DNA from: Vulcanimicrobiota bacterium
GTDB taxonomy: Bacteria > Vulcanimicrobiota > Vulcanimicrobiia > Vulcanimicrobiales > Vulcanimicrobiaceae
NCBI GenBank assembly: GCA_963777315.1
Contig: CAVZQC010000002.1
Location: 96,001-160,000, forward strand
Direction: 5' to 3'
DNA: 64,000 bases
This document shows positions 1 through 9,441 of the stretch, in pieces (position 1 is the first letter of the stretch; each line of letters starts with the position of its first letter). Both the position numbers and the translations under genes were made by a program. The notes below the pieces were generated by a model. That model made no database searches and was not told where the DNA came from. It saw only the letters and a program-made list of their open reading frames with translations.

Positions 1-867
1 CGTGGCCGAAAAATCATTTCGCACGGCGGAAATATCGACGGAATGAGCGCGCTTGCATGCGCGGTACCGGAGGAGAACCTCGCCGTCACGATCCTCGCAA
101 ATCTGGACGGCACGATGCTGCCCGGGGGGATCCTCTATCGGATGCTCGACGAGTCGTTCGGCCAGACCTCGCGCGCGTGGGTGAGCGAATTTCTTCAGAT
201 CGAGCAAACCCTCAAAGAGCAGGCGGACTACACCGAGCAGGAGCGCGCGCGAAACCGCATCGACGGTACGAAGCCGTCGAGACCGCTAGGCGCGTATGCC
301 GGAACGTACGAGGACGCGTTTTATGGGACCGCGGACGTGTCGGAAAGCGCCGATGCATTGCGCATTGACTGTATCGGATTTCGAGGCACACTGGAGCACT
401 GGCATCTCGACACGTTTTCGTTCACGCCCGACGAGCCGATCCTTCGCAAATACAAGCCCTTGGTGCGCTTTACCGTAGACGACTTCGGCGACGTCACGCA
501 AATGACCATGAGCCCGATCGGCATGCCGGAGCTTGCATTCGCGCGCATTCCGGAGCGCATTTCCGCTGTAGAGCTGCCCGGAAGCGAACTTGCTGCATAC
601 GAAGGGTCCTTCGTTGCGGACAAGTTGCCCGTCAAAGCCGATGTCGAACTGATCGGCGATACGCTCAAGGCGTGCCTTCCCGGCGCCTTTGCCGGGCGAC
701 CGGACGCGGCCACCGTCGTTTCAACGCTTCAGCCTCTGGGCGACGGGCGGTTCGCGCTTGCGTCGAGCCGCGCGATCGCGGTTTTCGAACGCGATGGCGA
801 AGCCGTCACCCGCTTACGCCTCGAGGCGCCGCACGTCTTGCCGGTAGTGTTCTTCAAGAAGCCTTGA
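1..867 (+). CDS. Beta-lactamase-family serine hydrolase with DUF3471-like C-terminal domain (5' partial)
   Basis: Frame is open from base 1 (RGRKIISHGGNIDGMSA, HGG motif); PSRPLGAYAGTYEDAFYG...LEHWHLDTF is DUF3471-like; paralog of 2477..4024. Confidence 0.85.
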   Translation, partial: RGRKIISHGGNIDGMSALACAVPEENLAVTILANLDGTMLPGGILYRMLDESFGQTSRAWVSEFLQIEQTLKEQADYTEQERARNRIDGTKPSRPLGAYAGTYEDAFYGTADVSESADALRIDCIGFRGTLEHWHLDTFSFTPDEPILRKYKPLVRFTVDDFGDVTQMTMSPIGMPELAFARIPERISAVELPGSELAAYEGSFVADKLPVKADVELIGDTLKACLPGAFAGRPDAATVVSTLQPLGDGRFALASSRAIAVFERDGEAVTRLRLEAPHVLPVVFFKKP

Positions 868-885
868 ACGCCGGCGGCGCTGGAA

Positions 886-2469
886 TTACTTCGTCAGAGT
901 CCACGTCGCTACGTTCCACAGCGGCGACTCCGGTGAGGGGCGAAATCCGCGCAATTCCTTGGGCGTGACGAAAACGGCGTTTCGCTGCCACAGCGCAAGG
1001 TATGGTAAGAGCAGCGCGACGCGGCGCTGCACGATCGACGCAAAGCGACGACGCGCGGCACGATCGTACGTCGCGACGCCGGCTGCTTCGGCCCGGTCGG
1101 TGGGGGCGTCGCAAAAGCGGCTCAAATTGAACCCGTGCGGCGCGGCTTGCGAGCACGCCAGATACCACTGCGTGTCCGGATCGGCCGGCGTCAATATCTC
1201 CGTAAACGCCATTTGAAATTTACCGCCGAAGATGGGGCCGCCGTCTGTGGCGGGCGCGACGAAAAGCGTCGGCGTGTACGATCGCGTGGACACCGTGATG
1301 CCCACCGCGCGAAGCGCTTGCTGCACTTGAACGGCCACCGATGCGCCGACGGCATTGCCGCTGACGTAGGCGAATTGCAGCGTGCTGGGACGCCCGGCAG
1401 CTTTCAACAGCTGCTTCGCGTCGGACGGACGGTACGCCGGAGTCGGAATTGACGGATCGTATCCCCAACTGAACAATCCGCGATTTGCTTCCTTCGTCGT
1501 CTGCGCCCCGCGTGTGGCGTTGTGCACGATTTGCGGAAGGTCGAGCGCCTCGGCCACGGCTTTACGCACGCGAACGTCGGTCAGCTTCGGATCCGTGACG
1601 TTGAAAAAGAAGTCGCCGATGCCTGCAATGGGGGTGCGCACCACCTTTACCGCCGGAATCGCTGCATATTCGCGCAGATACGCCGGATCGGCGCGGAGGT
1701 CCATGTCGACTTCCCCGGTGCGCAGCTCGTTCAAAATCGTGCTCGTGTCCGACACGAACTTCAAGGTTATTTCACCGATTGACGGCGCGCCTCCGTAGTA
1801 AGAGGGATTGCGAATCAGGCGCAAATGATCGCCGCGATCCCACTCCGCCACGCGATACGGGCCCGAGCCGATTGGCCGGGCGTTGTAGGGAGCATGGTTG
1901 ATGTTCGGATAGCGCGCCAGCAGATGAGCAGGCAGAATCCCGTAGTTCTGATTCGGCGCCAAAAACATCCCGAGAATAGGCGCGTACGGCGCTTTGAGCC
2001 GCACGCGCAACGTGTAAGGCCCGATGGCCTGGACGCTGCGGATGCGTTCGTAGCCGTCGCGCGACGGGACGTTATTTTCGGGGTTCATAACGGCGTGGTA
2101 AGAGAAAACGGCGTCGCGCGCGGTTAGGGACGTCCCGTCCTGCCACGTAACGTTCTTGCGCAGATGGTACGTAATGATCATACCATCGGCGGAAATGCCT
2201 TTGTTGGCCTGCGAAGGCACTTGCGTCGCGATGTCGGGCTGCAGGCTGCCGCGATCGTCGATCGTGAGCAGGTAGGAATACAGCAGCGGAACGATCGTTG
2301 CCGTGGATGCGCCTTCCATGAGGAGCGGATTGAGCGAAGGCGGTTCTTCGGGCTGCGCGAGGACCAGCCGCGTAACCCGATGCGTGCGATCGGTCCCCGA
2401 ACTGCAGGCTGAAGCTCCGAAGCAGAGCAGGGAAAGAGCGATCGCGACAAACGCAGCAGGCCGCGTCAC
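886..2469 (-). CDS. Peptide ABC transporter substrate-binding lipoprotein (SBP family 5)
   Basis: Signal/lipobox ASAC; SLNP, LQPDIA, TYHLRKNVTWQDG, PIGSGPY motifs; GTG start chosen just after the upstream stop. Confidence 0.9.
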   Translation of the reverse strand: MTRPAAFVAIALSLLCFGASACSSGTDRTHRVTRLVLAQPEEPPSLNPLLMEGASTATIVPLLYSYLLTIDDRGSLQPDIATQVPSQANKGISADGMIITYHLRKNVTWQDGTSLTARDAVFSYHAVMNPENNVPSRDGYERIRSVQAIGPYTLRVRLKAPYAPILGMFLAPNQNYGILPAHLLARYPNINHAPYNARPIGSGPYRVAEWDRGDHLRLIRNPSYYGGAPSIGEITLKFVSDTSTILNELRTGEVDMDLRADPAYLREYAAIPAVKVVRTPIAGIGDFFFNVTDPKLTDVRVRKAVAEALDLPQIVHNATRGAQTTKEANRGLFSWGYDPSIPTPAYRPSDAKQLLKAAGRPSTLQFAYVSGNAVGASVAVQVQQALRAVGITVSTRSYTPTLFVAPATDGGPIFGGKFQMAFTEILTPADPDTQWYLACSQAAPHGFNLSRFCDAPTDRAEAAGVATYDRAARRRFASIVQRRVALLLPYLALWQRNAVFVTPKELRGFRPSPESPLWNVATWTLTK

Positions 2470-2476
2470 GTCGCGC

Positions 2477-4024
2477 TCATTTTGCCGCCGGAACCCGGGC
2501 GAACACCGCGTTCGGATCGCCTTCGATGCGGACGACGGATACTCTGCCGAACGGATCGATCTCAAACGTCACCAGCGGACGCAGCAGTTCATCGGTGTTC
2601 GGGACCAGCAGCCGGAAAGAATCCTGATTGAAATGCTCGAGGTCTGCATCGTAACCGAGCATGCGGAAATGCAGCTTGCCGCCGATCAACGTAACCGTCG
2701 CATTCCCGTAGAGATCGTCGTGGTAGGTCCCTGCATACTTGCTCAGAGGCAAGCTCGGATTCGGTCTATATGAAACGATGCGCTCGGATTGCTTCACGGC
2801 CGCGAGCGACTTGGCGTAGAACGCCTGATAGGCGGAATGCAGCTCGGCGCTCCAGTCTCGCGGAGCCGCATTGAGCGTTTCGTCCCAAAAGCGGTTCATG
2901 ATGGCGGTCGTCGCGAAATTGTCCCCCTTGTTGGTGAGGATGACGATTCCGGCGCGCTCGTCCGGAAGAAGCCCGACCATCGCGGTCATGCCGTCGACGT
3001 TGCCCGCATGCTGGATGGCTTTGTGTCCGCGGTAGTCGTCCAAAATCCAACCCATGCCGTAGTCCATGAAGTGCGATATGGGACCGAAAAACGTCCACGG
3101 AATCTCGAGCGGCATGATCGTTTCCGGAGCCCACATATCGCCCAACGTTTTCGCCTGCAGCAGGCGGTGTCCGCGGTACGTGCCCCCGTTCAGCAGCATT
3201 TCCAGCCAATGCGACATGTCGATCGCGTTGCTGTTGATTCCGCCGGCGGGCGCGATATTGTTCAGATTGTCGGGCGGCACTTTTCGCAGCTTGCCATCGA
3301 CGACGTCGTGCGGCGCGGCGACGTCGCTCGCGGCCTTCAGGCCGTCATAAGTCGTCGTCGACGACGTCATTGCGAGCGGAACGAATATTCTGTTATGGAC
3401 AAAGGTGTCCCAGCTCATTCCGGTTACTGCAGGCACGATCTGTCCGGCCGTAAGCACCATGTTGTTGTTGTATTCGAAGCGGGCGCGAAAGCTGTATGCA
3501 GGCGGCAGATACCGCAACCTTCGGACTATCTGGTCGCGGCTCAAATCGCTATTGGCCCACAGCTCGTCGGCTCGTGCGAGCCCCGTACGATGGCTGAGCG
3601 CGTCCCGAATCGTGACTTCCCGCGTGACCCACGGATCGTACATTTGAAACCACGCAAGCCGGTCGATGATGCGATCGTCCCATGAAATCTTTTTTTCGTC
3701 GACGAGCATGCCGAGCGCAGCGACGGTAAAAGCCTTCGAACTGGAACCGATCTGGAAGATTGTCTTGCTATCGACCGGCGCGGGATTCCCGAGCGCTCGG
3801 ACGCCGTACCCTTTGACGTAAACGCGGCCGTCGCGGACGATGGCGATCGAGAGTCCCGGAATGCCCCAATCATGCATTGCCTTGAGCACGTAGGCATCGA
3901 AGCCGGCGGACACCACCGGCGTAGCGTCGGGCGCGCCGGCCGCCCGCGCGGACAACGCTCCAAGACCGAAGAAAACGGCCAGGAAAGCGGCCATGCACCG
4001 CCGCGTCGTTAAAGCAATGCTCAT
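2477..4024 (-). CDS. Secreted beta-lactamase-family serine hydrolase with DUF3471
   Basis: SSSK (SxxK), YNN, HAG motifs; signal peptide; TGATG overlap with upstream gene. Confidence 0.9.
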   Translation of the reverse strand: MSIALTTRRCMAAFLAVFFGLGALSARAAGAPDATPVVSAGFDAYVLKAMHDWGIPGLSIAIVRDGRVYVKGYGVRALGNPAPVDSKTIFQIGSSSKAFTVAALGMLVDEKKISWDDRIIDRLAWFQMYDPWVTREVTIRDALSHRTGLARADELWANSDLSRDQIVRRLRYLPPAYSFRARFEYNNNMVLTAGQIVPAVTGMSWDTFVHNRIFVPLAMTSSTTTYDGLKAASDVAAPHDVVDGKLRKVPPDNLNNIAPAGGINSNAIDMSHWLEMLLNGGTYRGHRLLQAKTLGDMWAPETIMPLEIPWTFFGPISHFMDYGMGWILDDYRGHKAIQHAGNVDGMTAMVGLLPDERAGIVILTNKGDNFATTAIMNRFWDETLNAAPRDWSAELHSAYQAFYAKSLAAVKQSERIVSYRPNPSLPLSKYAGTYHDDLYGNATVTLIGGKLHFRMLGYDADLEHFNQDSFRLLVPNTDELLRPLVTFEIDPFGRVSVVRIEGDPNAVFARVPAAK

Positions 4025-5775
4025 CACGGCAAGTCGATCCGATACAGCTCGAAGCCGTCTTCCCATAGGCGCTGCATCTTGCCGGCCGCCGGAGTGTCGA
4101 AACGAATCGTCGTCGAGCCCACGGTAAACCCTCCGTCTTTGCGCGGCGTAAGAGGCGCGCCGTCAAGCATCAAATGCCCTTTGAGGACGAACACTCGGCT
4201 TGCGGCGGCCGTTCCCCACACGCCCAAACTTTCGTAGCGGCCTATCAATGCATTCCAGGCGTGCGGATACGAGAAGCTTCGTGCGCCGGTGTATGCCGGC
4301 GTTGCGTACCACAGGTCCCCCGACGTCACTTGATCCATCGCGCCCGTCTTGCCGCTGCGCGAAAACGATAGACCGAAGATCTGAAATCGCGGATCGTCGA
4401 CGTAAAAGGTTGCGCCGCCTCGCGGATAGAGCACTTTAGCGCCCCCGGGATCCTGCAGTTTCAAGCTCGTGCCGTCGGTAGTGACCACCACGCTCGAACC
4501 GTCAGGTGCCGTGTACGTGCCCGCATAGCTCGCGGCGTCTGGAACGTTCGTGCGCTGCAGGTAGTTGCCCATGGAGGGCGGCAGGGGCGGCAGCGGGCTC
4601 CCTGCGCCTTGCGCTTGCAGAACTTTGATTGCATAGAGCACAATGGCACAGGGATGGAGCGGCGCTTCGACCAGATTCGACATCGCAATGACGCCGAAGC
4701 CGCGCGTCACGTCATTTTCCATGCAGGCCGAATATCCGGCGATTCCGCCGGTATGCCCCACGATCGTATCGCCGTTCTCCTGGTGAACGGCCAAACCGAA
4801 AGCGTAGTGCTCGTACATCTGCGGCGCTTCCTCGAGTTCGGGCGAGACCTGTCCGGCGACTTTGCCGTTCGTCGAATCCGGCGTCGTCCACAAGGCATAG
4901 CTCGACGGCGACACGACGCGCCGCCCGGAGTCGCTCACCCCCTGATTTAAAATCACCCGCATGTACTTTGCCATGTCTTCGGGCGTTGAGATAACCGAGC
5001 CGGCAGGATCGATGTAATCCCCCGGCAGCGAGTACACCAGTGGCGGACTGGGCGGCGTAATGCGATTCGTATCTTGAAAGACGTACCCGTAGGCTGCGTC
5101 GGCGAGCGTTTCCGGCGTGAACACCGCGCTGCTGTGCGCCATGCCCAGCGCGTCGAACACGCGTGCCTGCAGCGAATCGGCCCAGGGTTTTCCATCGAGC
5201 GCGGCTTGAATCGCACCCACCGTCGCAAGCCCGTCGTTGGAATATGACCAACTCGCGCCGGGATTAAATATCGTGTGCGCGTTCCGCAGCGCTGCCACCG
5301 TATAGAGATAGCCCGGCGCAATCGAAAAATCGTCCGGGAAACCGGCGGTGTGCGAGAGCAGCTGATGAGCGTAAACGACCTTGCCGCCTGAGTGAATCGA
5401 GAACCACGGCAGATAGGTGCGCACTGGTTTGGCTGGGTCGAATTTGCCTTCGTCGCGCAGTTCCATAAGTGCCAGCGCCGTCATGCCCTTACTAATGGAA
5501 CCTATGGGAAAGCGCGTGGAACCCGTGACCGGAGTCTTCGCCTCGAGATTCGCATAGCCGAGCGTAATGATGCGCAGCGTGTGACGACGATCGGTGATCG
5601 CGACCGACATCCCCGGTGCGCCTTGTTCCTGCAAGGCTTGTGGGGCGTAGGCTTCGATGTTTCTGAGCGCATCGTCCATGCTGGGCGGCTGCGCGGCGAT
5701 TGCGGGCACGATGCTGGAAAACGCTGCGGCGACGGCGATGCCTGCAGCGATTCTACGGTACAGAGAACTGCGCAT
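4024..5775 (-). CDS. Secreted beta-lactamase-family serine hydrolase
   Basis: SISK, LLSHTAG, YSN, HTGG motifs; signal peptide; GAGGAGGA RBS. Confidence 0.9.
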   Translation of the reverse strand: MRSSLYRRIAAGIAVAAAFSSIVPAIAAQPPSMDDALRNIEAYAPQALQEQGAPGMSVAITDRRHTLRIITLGYANLEAKTPVTGSTRFPIGSISKGMTALALMELRDEGKFDPAKPVRTYLPWFSIHSGGKVVYAHQLLSHTAGFPDDFSIAPGYLYTVAALRNAHTIFNPGASWSYSNDGLATVGAIQAALDGKPWADSLQARVFDALGMAHSSAVFTPETLADAAYGYVFQDTNRITPPSPPLVYSLPGDYIDPAGSVISTPEDMAKYMRVILNQGVSDSGRRVVSPSSYALWTTPDSTNGKVAGQVSPELEEAPQMYEHYAFGLAVHQENGDTIVGHTGGIAGYSACMENDVTRGFGVIAMSNLVEAPLHPCAIVLYAIKVLQAQGAGSPLPPLPPSMGNYLQRTNVPDAASYAGTYTAPDGSSVVVTTDGTSLKLQDPGGAKVLYPRGGATFYVDDPRFQIFGLSFSRSGKTGAMDQVTSGDLWYATPAYTGARSFSYPHAWNALIGRYESLGVWGTAAASRVFVLKGHLMLDGAPLTPRKDGGFTVGSTTIRFDTPAAGKMQRLWEDGFELYRIDLP

Positions 5776-7123
5776 GTTCCTCCTCGTTCGGCTGCGCGAT
5801 CGGCGATACGACGACTCTTGCGGGCGCTCGGCGCCACAAGAGATAGATTGGTATGCCGGAAAAGAAAATTCCTAGACCTACGAGTGAATCACGCGGAAAC
5901 GCGACGTACGCGTTGATCACGAAAACGGCGCTCACGCCGGCAAAGAACAGCGTGCTCCACGGATGTCCCGGAATGCACCAGCCCGGCGTGCGTTTGCGCG
6001 CATCGCGCCGGCGAAAAATAAATACCGCCGCGGCCGCGAGGGTCATATATAGGAAGTCCATCGGCGTGACATAGTTGAGGATGCGCTGGTAGCTTCCCCA
6101 GCCGACGATGACTCCGGCAACGGCGCATTGCAGTGCAATCGCTACGATCGGCGTCTTTGCTTTGGGATGCAAGTACGCGAGTTGTTTGAAAAACACCCCG
6201 TCGCGCGCCATCGTATAGTATAAGCGCGGAATGGTCAGCGCCATATTCCCCAAAAAACCCAGCGTGGAGAGCGCGATGAACGCGGCTACTATCCCTTCCC
6301 CAGGGCCGCCGACGACCATCTTCACCATGTCGGTTGCCGGTGTCGGTGTCTGCGCCAGCCCCTGCGCTCCAAGCATTCGCAAACCGCCAAGCGTTACGGC
6401 CAGATACAGGACGACGACGCCGATAACGCCGAGCACCAGCCCTACGGGCAGCGCGCGTTGCGATTCCTTCATTTCACAGTCCATGTACGGCGCGGTTTGC
6501 CAGCCGTCGTACGAATAAAAGACCGGGATGAGCGCGGCGCCGAGCGCGGCCAGCATGCTCAGCGAACCCATGGACGCCGGCAGCACGACATGCTGATGGT
6601 GCCCCGGCGGGCCGAAGAATCCCGCGGCGATGATTAGCGCGATTGCGCCGATCTTCATGATCATCATCACGTTCTGCGTCACGACGCCTTGCCGCACGCC
6701 AAAACAGTTTACGAGCCCGGTCGCGAGGATCGCGGCAACCGCCAGCAATCGCACGTCGAACGGAAGCCACAGATGCGCATACGTGCCGAAAGTCACCGCA
6801 ACGGCCGCGATCGCGCCGCTCTCGCTCACGAGCAGCGCAGTCCATCCGGACATAAACGCAAGACCCGGATGATAGGCGTCGCGCAAATATCCGTACATCC
6901 CGCCGACATTCGGTCTGCGCGCCGCCAATTCGGCAAACACGAACGCGCCAATCAAGGCGATGACGCCGCCCAGCAGCCACGCGAACACGATCAGGCCCGT
7001 GGAGTGCAAGCGCTGCGCAACGACCGAAGGATTCATGAAAATGCCGGACGCGATGATGCCGCCCATCACGATGAGCGTAGCGTCGAAAGGGCCCAGTCGT
7101 TTGACGAGGTGCGGCCGGCTCAC
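5753..7123 (-). CDS. APC-family amino acid permease
   Basis: About 12 TM segments; GGIIASGIF, FAELAA.RP..GG.Y, FYSYDGW motifs. Confidence 0.9.
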   Translation of the reverse strand: MSRPHLVKRLGPFDATLIVMGGIIASGIFMNPSVVAQRLHSTGLIVFAWLLGGVIALIGAFVFAELAARRPNVGGMYGYLRDAYHPGLAFMSGWTALLVSESGAIAAVAVTFGTYAHLWLPFDVRLLAVAAILATGLVNCFGVRQGVVTQNVMMIMKIGAIALIIAAGFFGPPGHHQHVVLPASMGSLSMLAALGAALIPVFYSYDGWQTAPYMDCEMKESQRALPVGLVLGVIGVVVLYLAVTLGGLRMLGAQGLAQTPTPATDMVKMVVGGPGEGIVAAFIALSTLGFLGNMALTIPRLYYTMARDGVFFKQLAYLHPKAKTPIVAIALQCAVAGVIVGWGSYQRILNYVTPMDFLYMTLAAAAVFIFRRRDARKRTPGWCIPGHPWSTLFFAGVSAVFVINAYVAFPRDSLVGLGIFFSGIPIYLLWRRAPARVVVSPIAQPNEEEHAQFSVP

Positions 7124-7171
7124 TGCCGTAGCGTTACCTGGTCTCAGCCGTAGTTCCTCGCGCTACTGCGC

Positions 7172-7270
7172 GAAATATCGCCCATGCTGCTGAAATATCG
7201 GCACTTAATGCGTAGGTGGACCGCCGGCAGGTCGCCGAAATTCCGTCCTGGAAGGCGAAATTCTGTCCTG
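7172..7270. promoter_or_regulatory. Two pairs of 20-bp-period direct repeats in the divergent promoter
   Basis: GAAATATCG at 7172 and 7192; CGAAATTCYGTCCTG at 7236 and 7256. Confidence 0.6.
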
Positions 7271-7304
7271 CTCCCCCGCACGGATTTTAGAGAAAGGCAC
7301 CCGG

Positions 7305-8318
7305 ATGCACCGCACCTCGAACGCCGTCGCCGTGAACGCAACACTCGAACGCTGGCCGCTGCGCTATCCGTTTCGCATAACCGGCTACGAATGGACCCAG
7401 ACGGAGGTGCTGGTCGTGGAGGTGGAAAGCAGCGGCTTGCGCGGCCGGGGCGAAGCCTGCGGCGTCTACTACAAAAACGACACGCCCGAAAGCGCTTTGG
7501 CGCAAGTACGAGAGGTATCCAACGACCTTGCCGGCGGAGCCGGACGCCGGGAGCTGCAGGCGCTGCTGCCCCCGGGCGGCGCTCGCAACGCCCTCGATTG
7601 CGCGCTCTGGGATTTGGAAGCCAAACACTCGGGAACTCCGGTGTGGCGGTTGGCGGGTCTCGAGTCGCCGCGACCGCTTCTCACGACCTACACCTTGGGC
7701 GCGGACGTTCCGGAAACCATGGCGCAACGTGCTCGCGATTTCGCCGGCGCGCGCGCACTTAAACTCAAGCTGACGGGTGACGGCAACGACAAAGCGCGCG
7801 TTCTGGCGGTCCGCGCGGCGCGACCGGACGTGTGGCTGGCCGTGGATGCGAATCAAGGCTTTACCGCCGAATCACTCGAGCAGCTAATGCCGGCGCTGAC
7901 TGCAGCGCGAGTCGAACTCATCGAACAGCCGTTTCCAATCGGCCGCGAAGGCGATCTCGACGGGTTCGAATCGGAGATTCCGATCGCGGCGGACGAAAGC
8001 GCGCAAAGCATGGCCGATCTCGCCGGCCTCGTCGGACGCTTCAAAGTCGTAAACATCAAGCTGGACAAGTGCGGAGGACTTACGCACGCGCTCGAGATGG
8101 AAGCCGAGGCGCGCCGTCTGGGCCTAAAGGTGATGGTCGGCAACATGTCCGGAACCTCACTTGCGATGGCGCCCGCCTTTGTGCTGGGGCAACGGTGCGA
8201 TGTAACGGATCTTGACGGGCCGTTGGTGCTGCAGCGCGACCGGCAACCGGGCGTCAGTTACGAGCGCGGCTGCATTTGGTGTCCCGAGGAAGTATGGGGC
8301 GCAGGAGCGATACGTTGA
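7305..8318 (+). CDS. Enolase-superfamily dipeptide epimerase (L-Ala-D/L-Glu epimerase / DgcA-like racemase)
   Basis: KLK, VDANQG, IEQP, ADES, NIKLDKCGG and DLDG motifs. Confidence 0.88.
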   Translation: MHRTSNAVAVNATLERWPLRYPFRITGYEWTQTEVLVVEVESSGLRGRGEACGVYYKNDTPESALAQVREVSNDLAGGAGRRELQALLPPGGARNALDCALWDLEAKHSGTPVWRLAGLESPRPLLTTYTLGADVPETMAQRARDFAGARALKLKLTGDGNDKARVLAVRAARPDVWLAVDANQGFTAESLEQLMPALTAARVELIEQPFPIGREGDLDGFESEIPIAADESAQSMADLAGLVGRFKVVNIKLDKCGGLTHALEMEAEARRLGLKVMVGNMSGTSLAMAPAFVLGQRCDVTDLDGPLVLQRDRQPGVSYERGCIWCPEEVWGAGAIR

Positions 8319-9436
8319 GAGCGTTGATTGCGGCGATTCTTACGCTCGCGGCCGGCACCGCTGCGCAAGCACACCCGTTCACCCCGGCCCAAACCGCAAA
8401 CTTTAACCGCATCGTCGCTCGCGCAATGGCGCAGGAGCATATTGCCGGGCTCGAGCTCGGAATTGGGAGAAAGGGCAAAGTGCTGTTTGCCCACGGTTAT
8501 GGACTGCGTGACCGCCAACGCCGTTTGCCGGTGACGGCGCAAACGGTGTTTCCAATCGGCTCTATCACCAAGCAGTTTTCGTCGACTGCGGCGCTCCTGC
8601 TGACCGAGCGGGGCCGGCTCACTCTCGACGCGCCGGTCGCACGGTATCTTCCACGCGCGCCGCATGCGAGCGAGATCACCGTGCGCGAATTGCTCGATCA
8701 AACCAGCGGCTTGCCCGACTATTTGGAGAACAAACCGCTTCTTGCGGCTATTTTTAAAGGCACTGCCGGACCGAGCTCGACCGCGAGTTTGGTGGGGCTC
8801 GTGCGCGGCATGCCGCTGCACTTCAAGCCCGGCACAAAGTACGAGTACAGCAACACGAACTACGCGCTCGTCGGAATGCTGATAGCCCGCGTTTCGGGAA
8901 TGTCGTACCCGCAGTTCGTCGAGCAGCACATTTTCGATCCGCTGGATTTGACGTCGATGCAATACCTGCGGACGTCGATTCCGGCGGGCGATGACGCAGC
9001 CAACGGCTACAATTATCAAAAAGGGCGCTTTTTGGTCATTCCACGAGAATCGATGGATTGGGCGAATGCGGCCGGAGCGCTCGCGTCGACCGTGACGGAC
9101 CTCATTCACTGGGACGGCGCGTATTTCGGCAATCGCATTTTGCCGGCTCGCCTGGTGCGCGTCGCGACGACGCCGCCCGCGCACATCCCCATGGTCACGT
9201 CGAAGGATCAAAAGAACAATCTGGGCGTAGGTTACGCATTCGGATGGGCGCGCGGATATTTCGATTCGCGTCCCGTAATCTGGCACAACGGCGGCCTTCC
9301 CGGCGCCCGCGCGATGAATCTGGTGTACCCGCGGGACGGTTTGGAAATCGAAGTGCTTACCAACGTCACCGATGCGTCGCCGGAGGTCATTGCGCTCAGA
9401 ATCGCACGCGCGATCTACCAAGCTTCGACCCGCTAA
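8315..9436 (+). CDS. Secreted beta-lactamase-family serine hydrolase
   Basis: SITK, YSN, HNGG motifs; TTG start overlaps the epimerase stop; AGGAG RBS. Confidence 0.88.
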   Translation: MRALIAAILTLAAGTAAQAHPFTPAQTANFNRIVARAMAQEHIAGLELGIGRKGKVLFAHGYGLRDRQRRLPVTAQTVFPIGSITKQFSSTAALLLTERGRLTLDAPVARYLPRAPHASEITVRELLDQTSGLPDYLENKPLLAAIFKGTAGPSSTASLVGLVRGMPLHFKPGTKYEYSNTNYALVGMLIARVSGMSYPQFVEQHIFDPLDLTSMQYLRTSIPAGDDAANGYNYQKGRFLVIPRESMDWANAAGALASTVTDLIHWDGAYFGNRILPARLVRVATTPPAHIPMVTSKDQKNNLGVGYAFGWARGYFDSRPVIWHNGGLPGARAMNLVYPRDGLEIEVLTNVTDASPEVIALRIARAIYQASTR

Positions 9437-9441
9437 GACCG

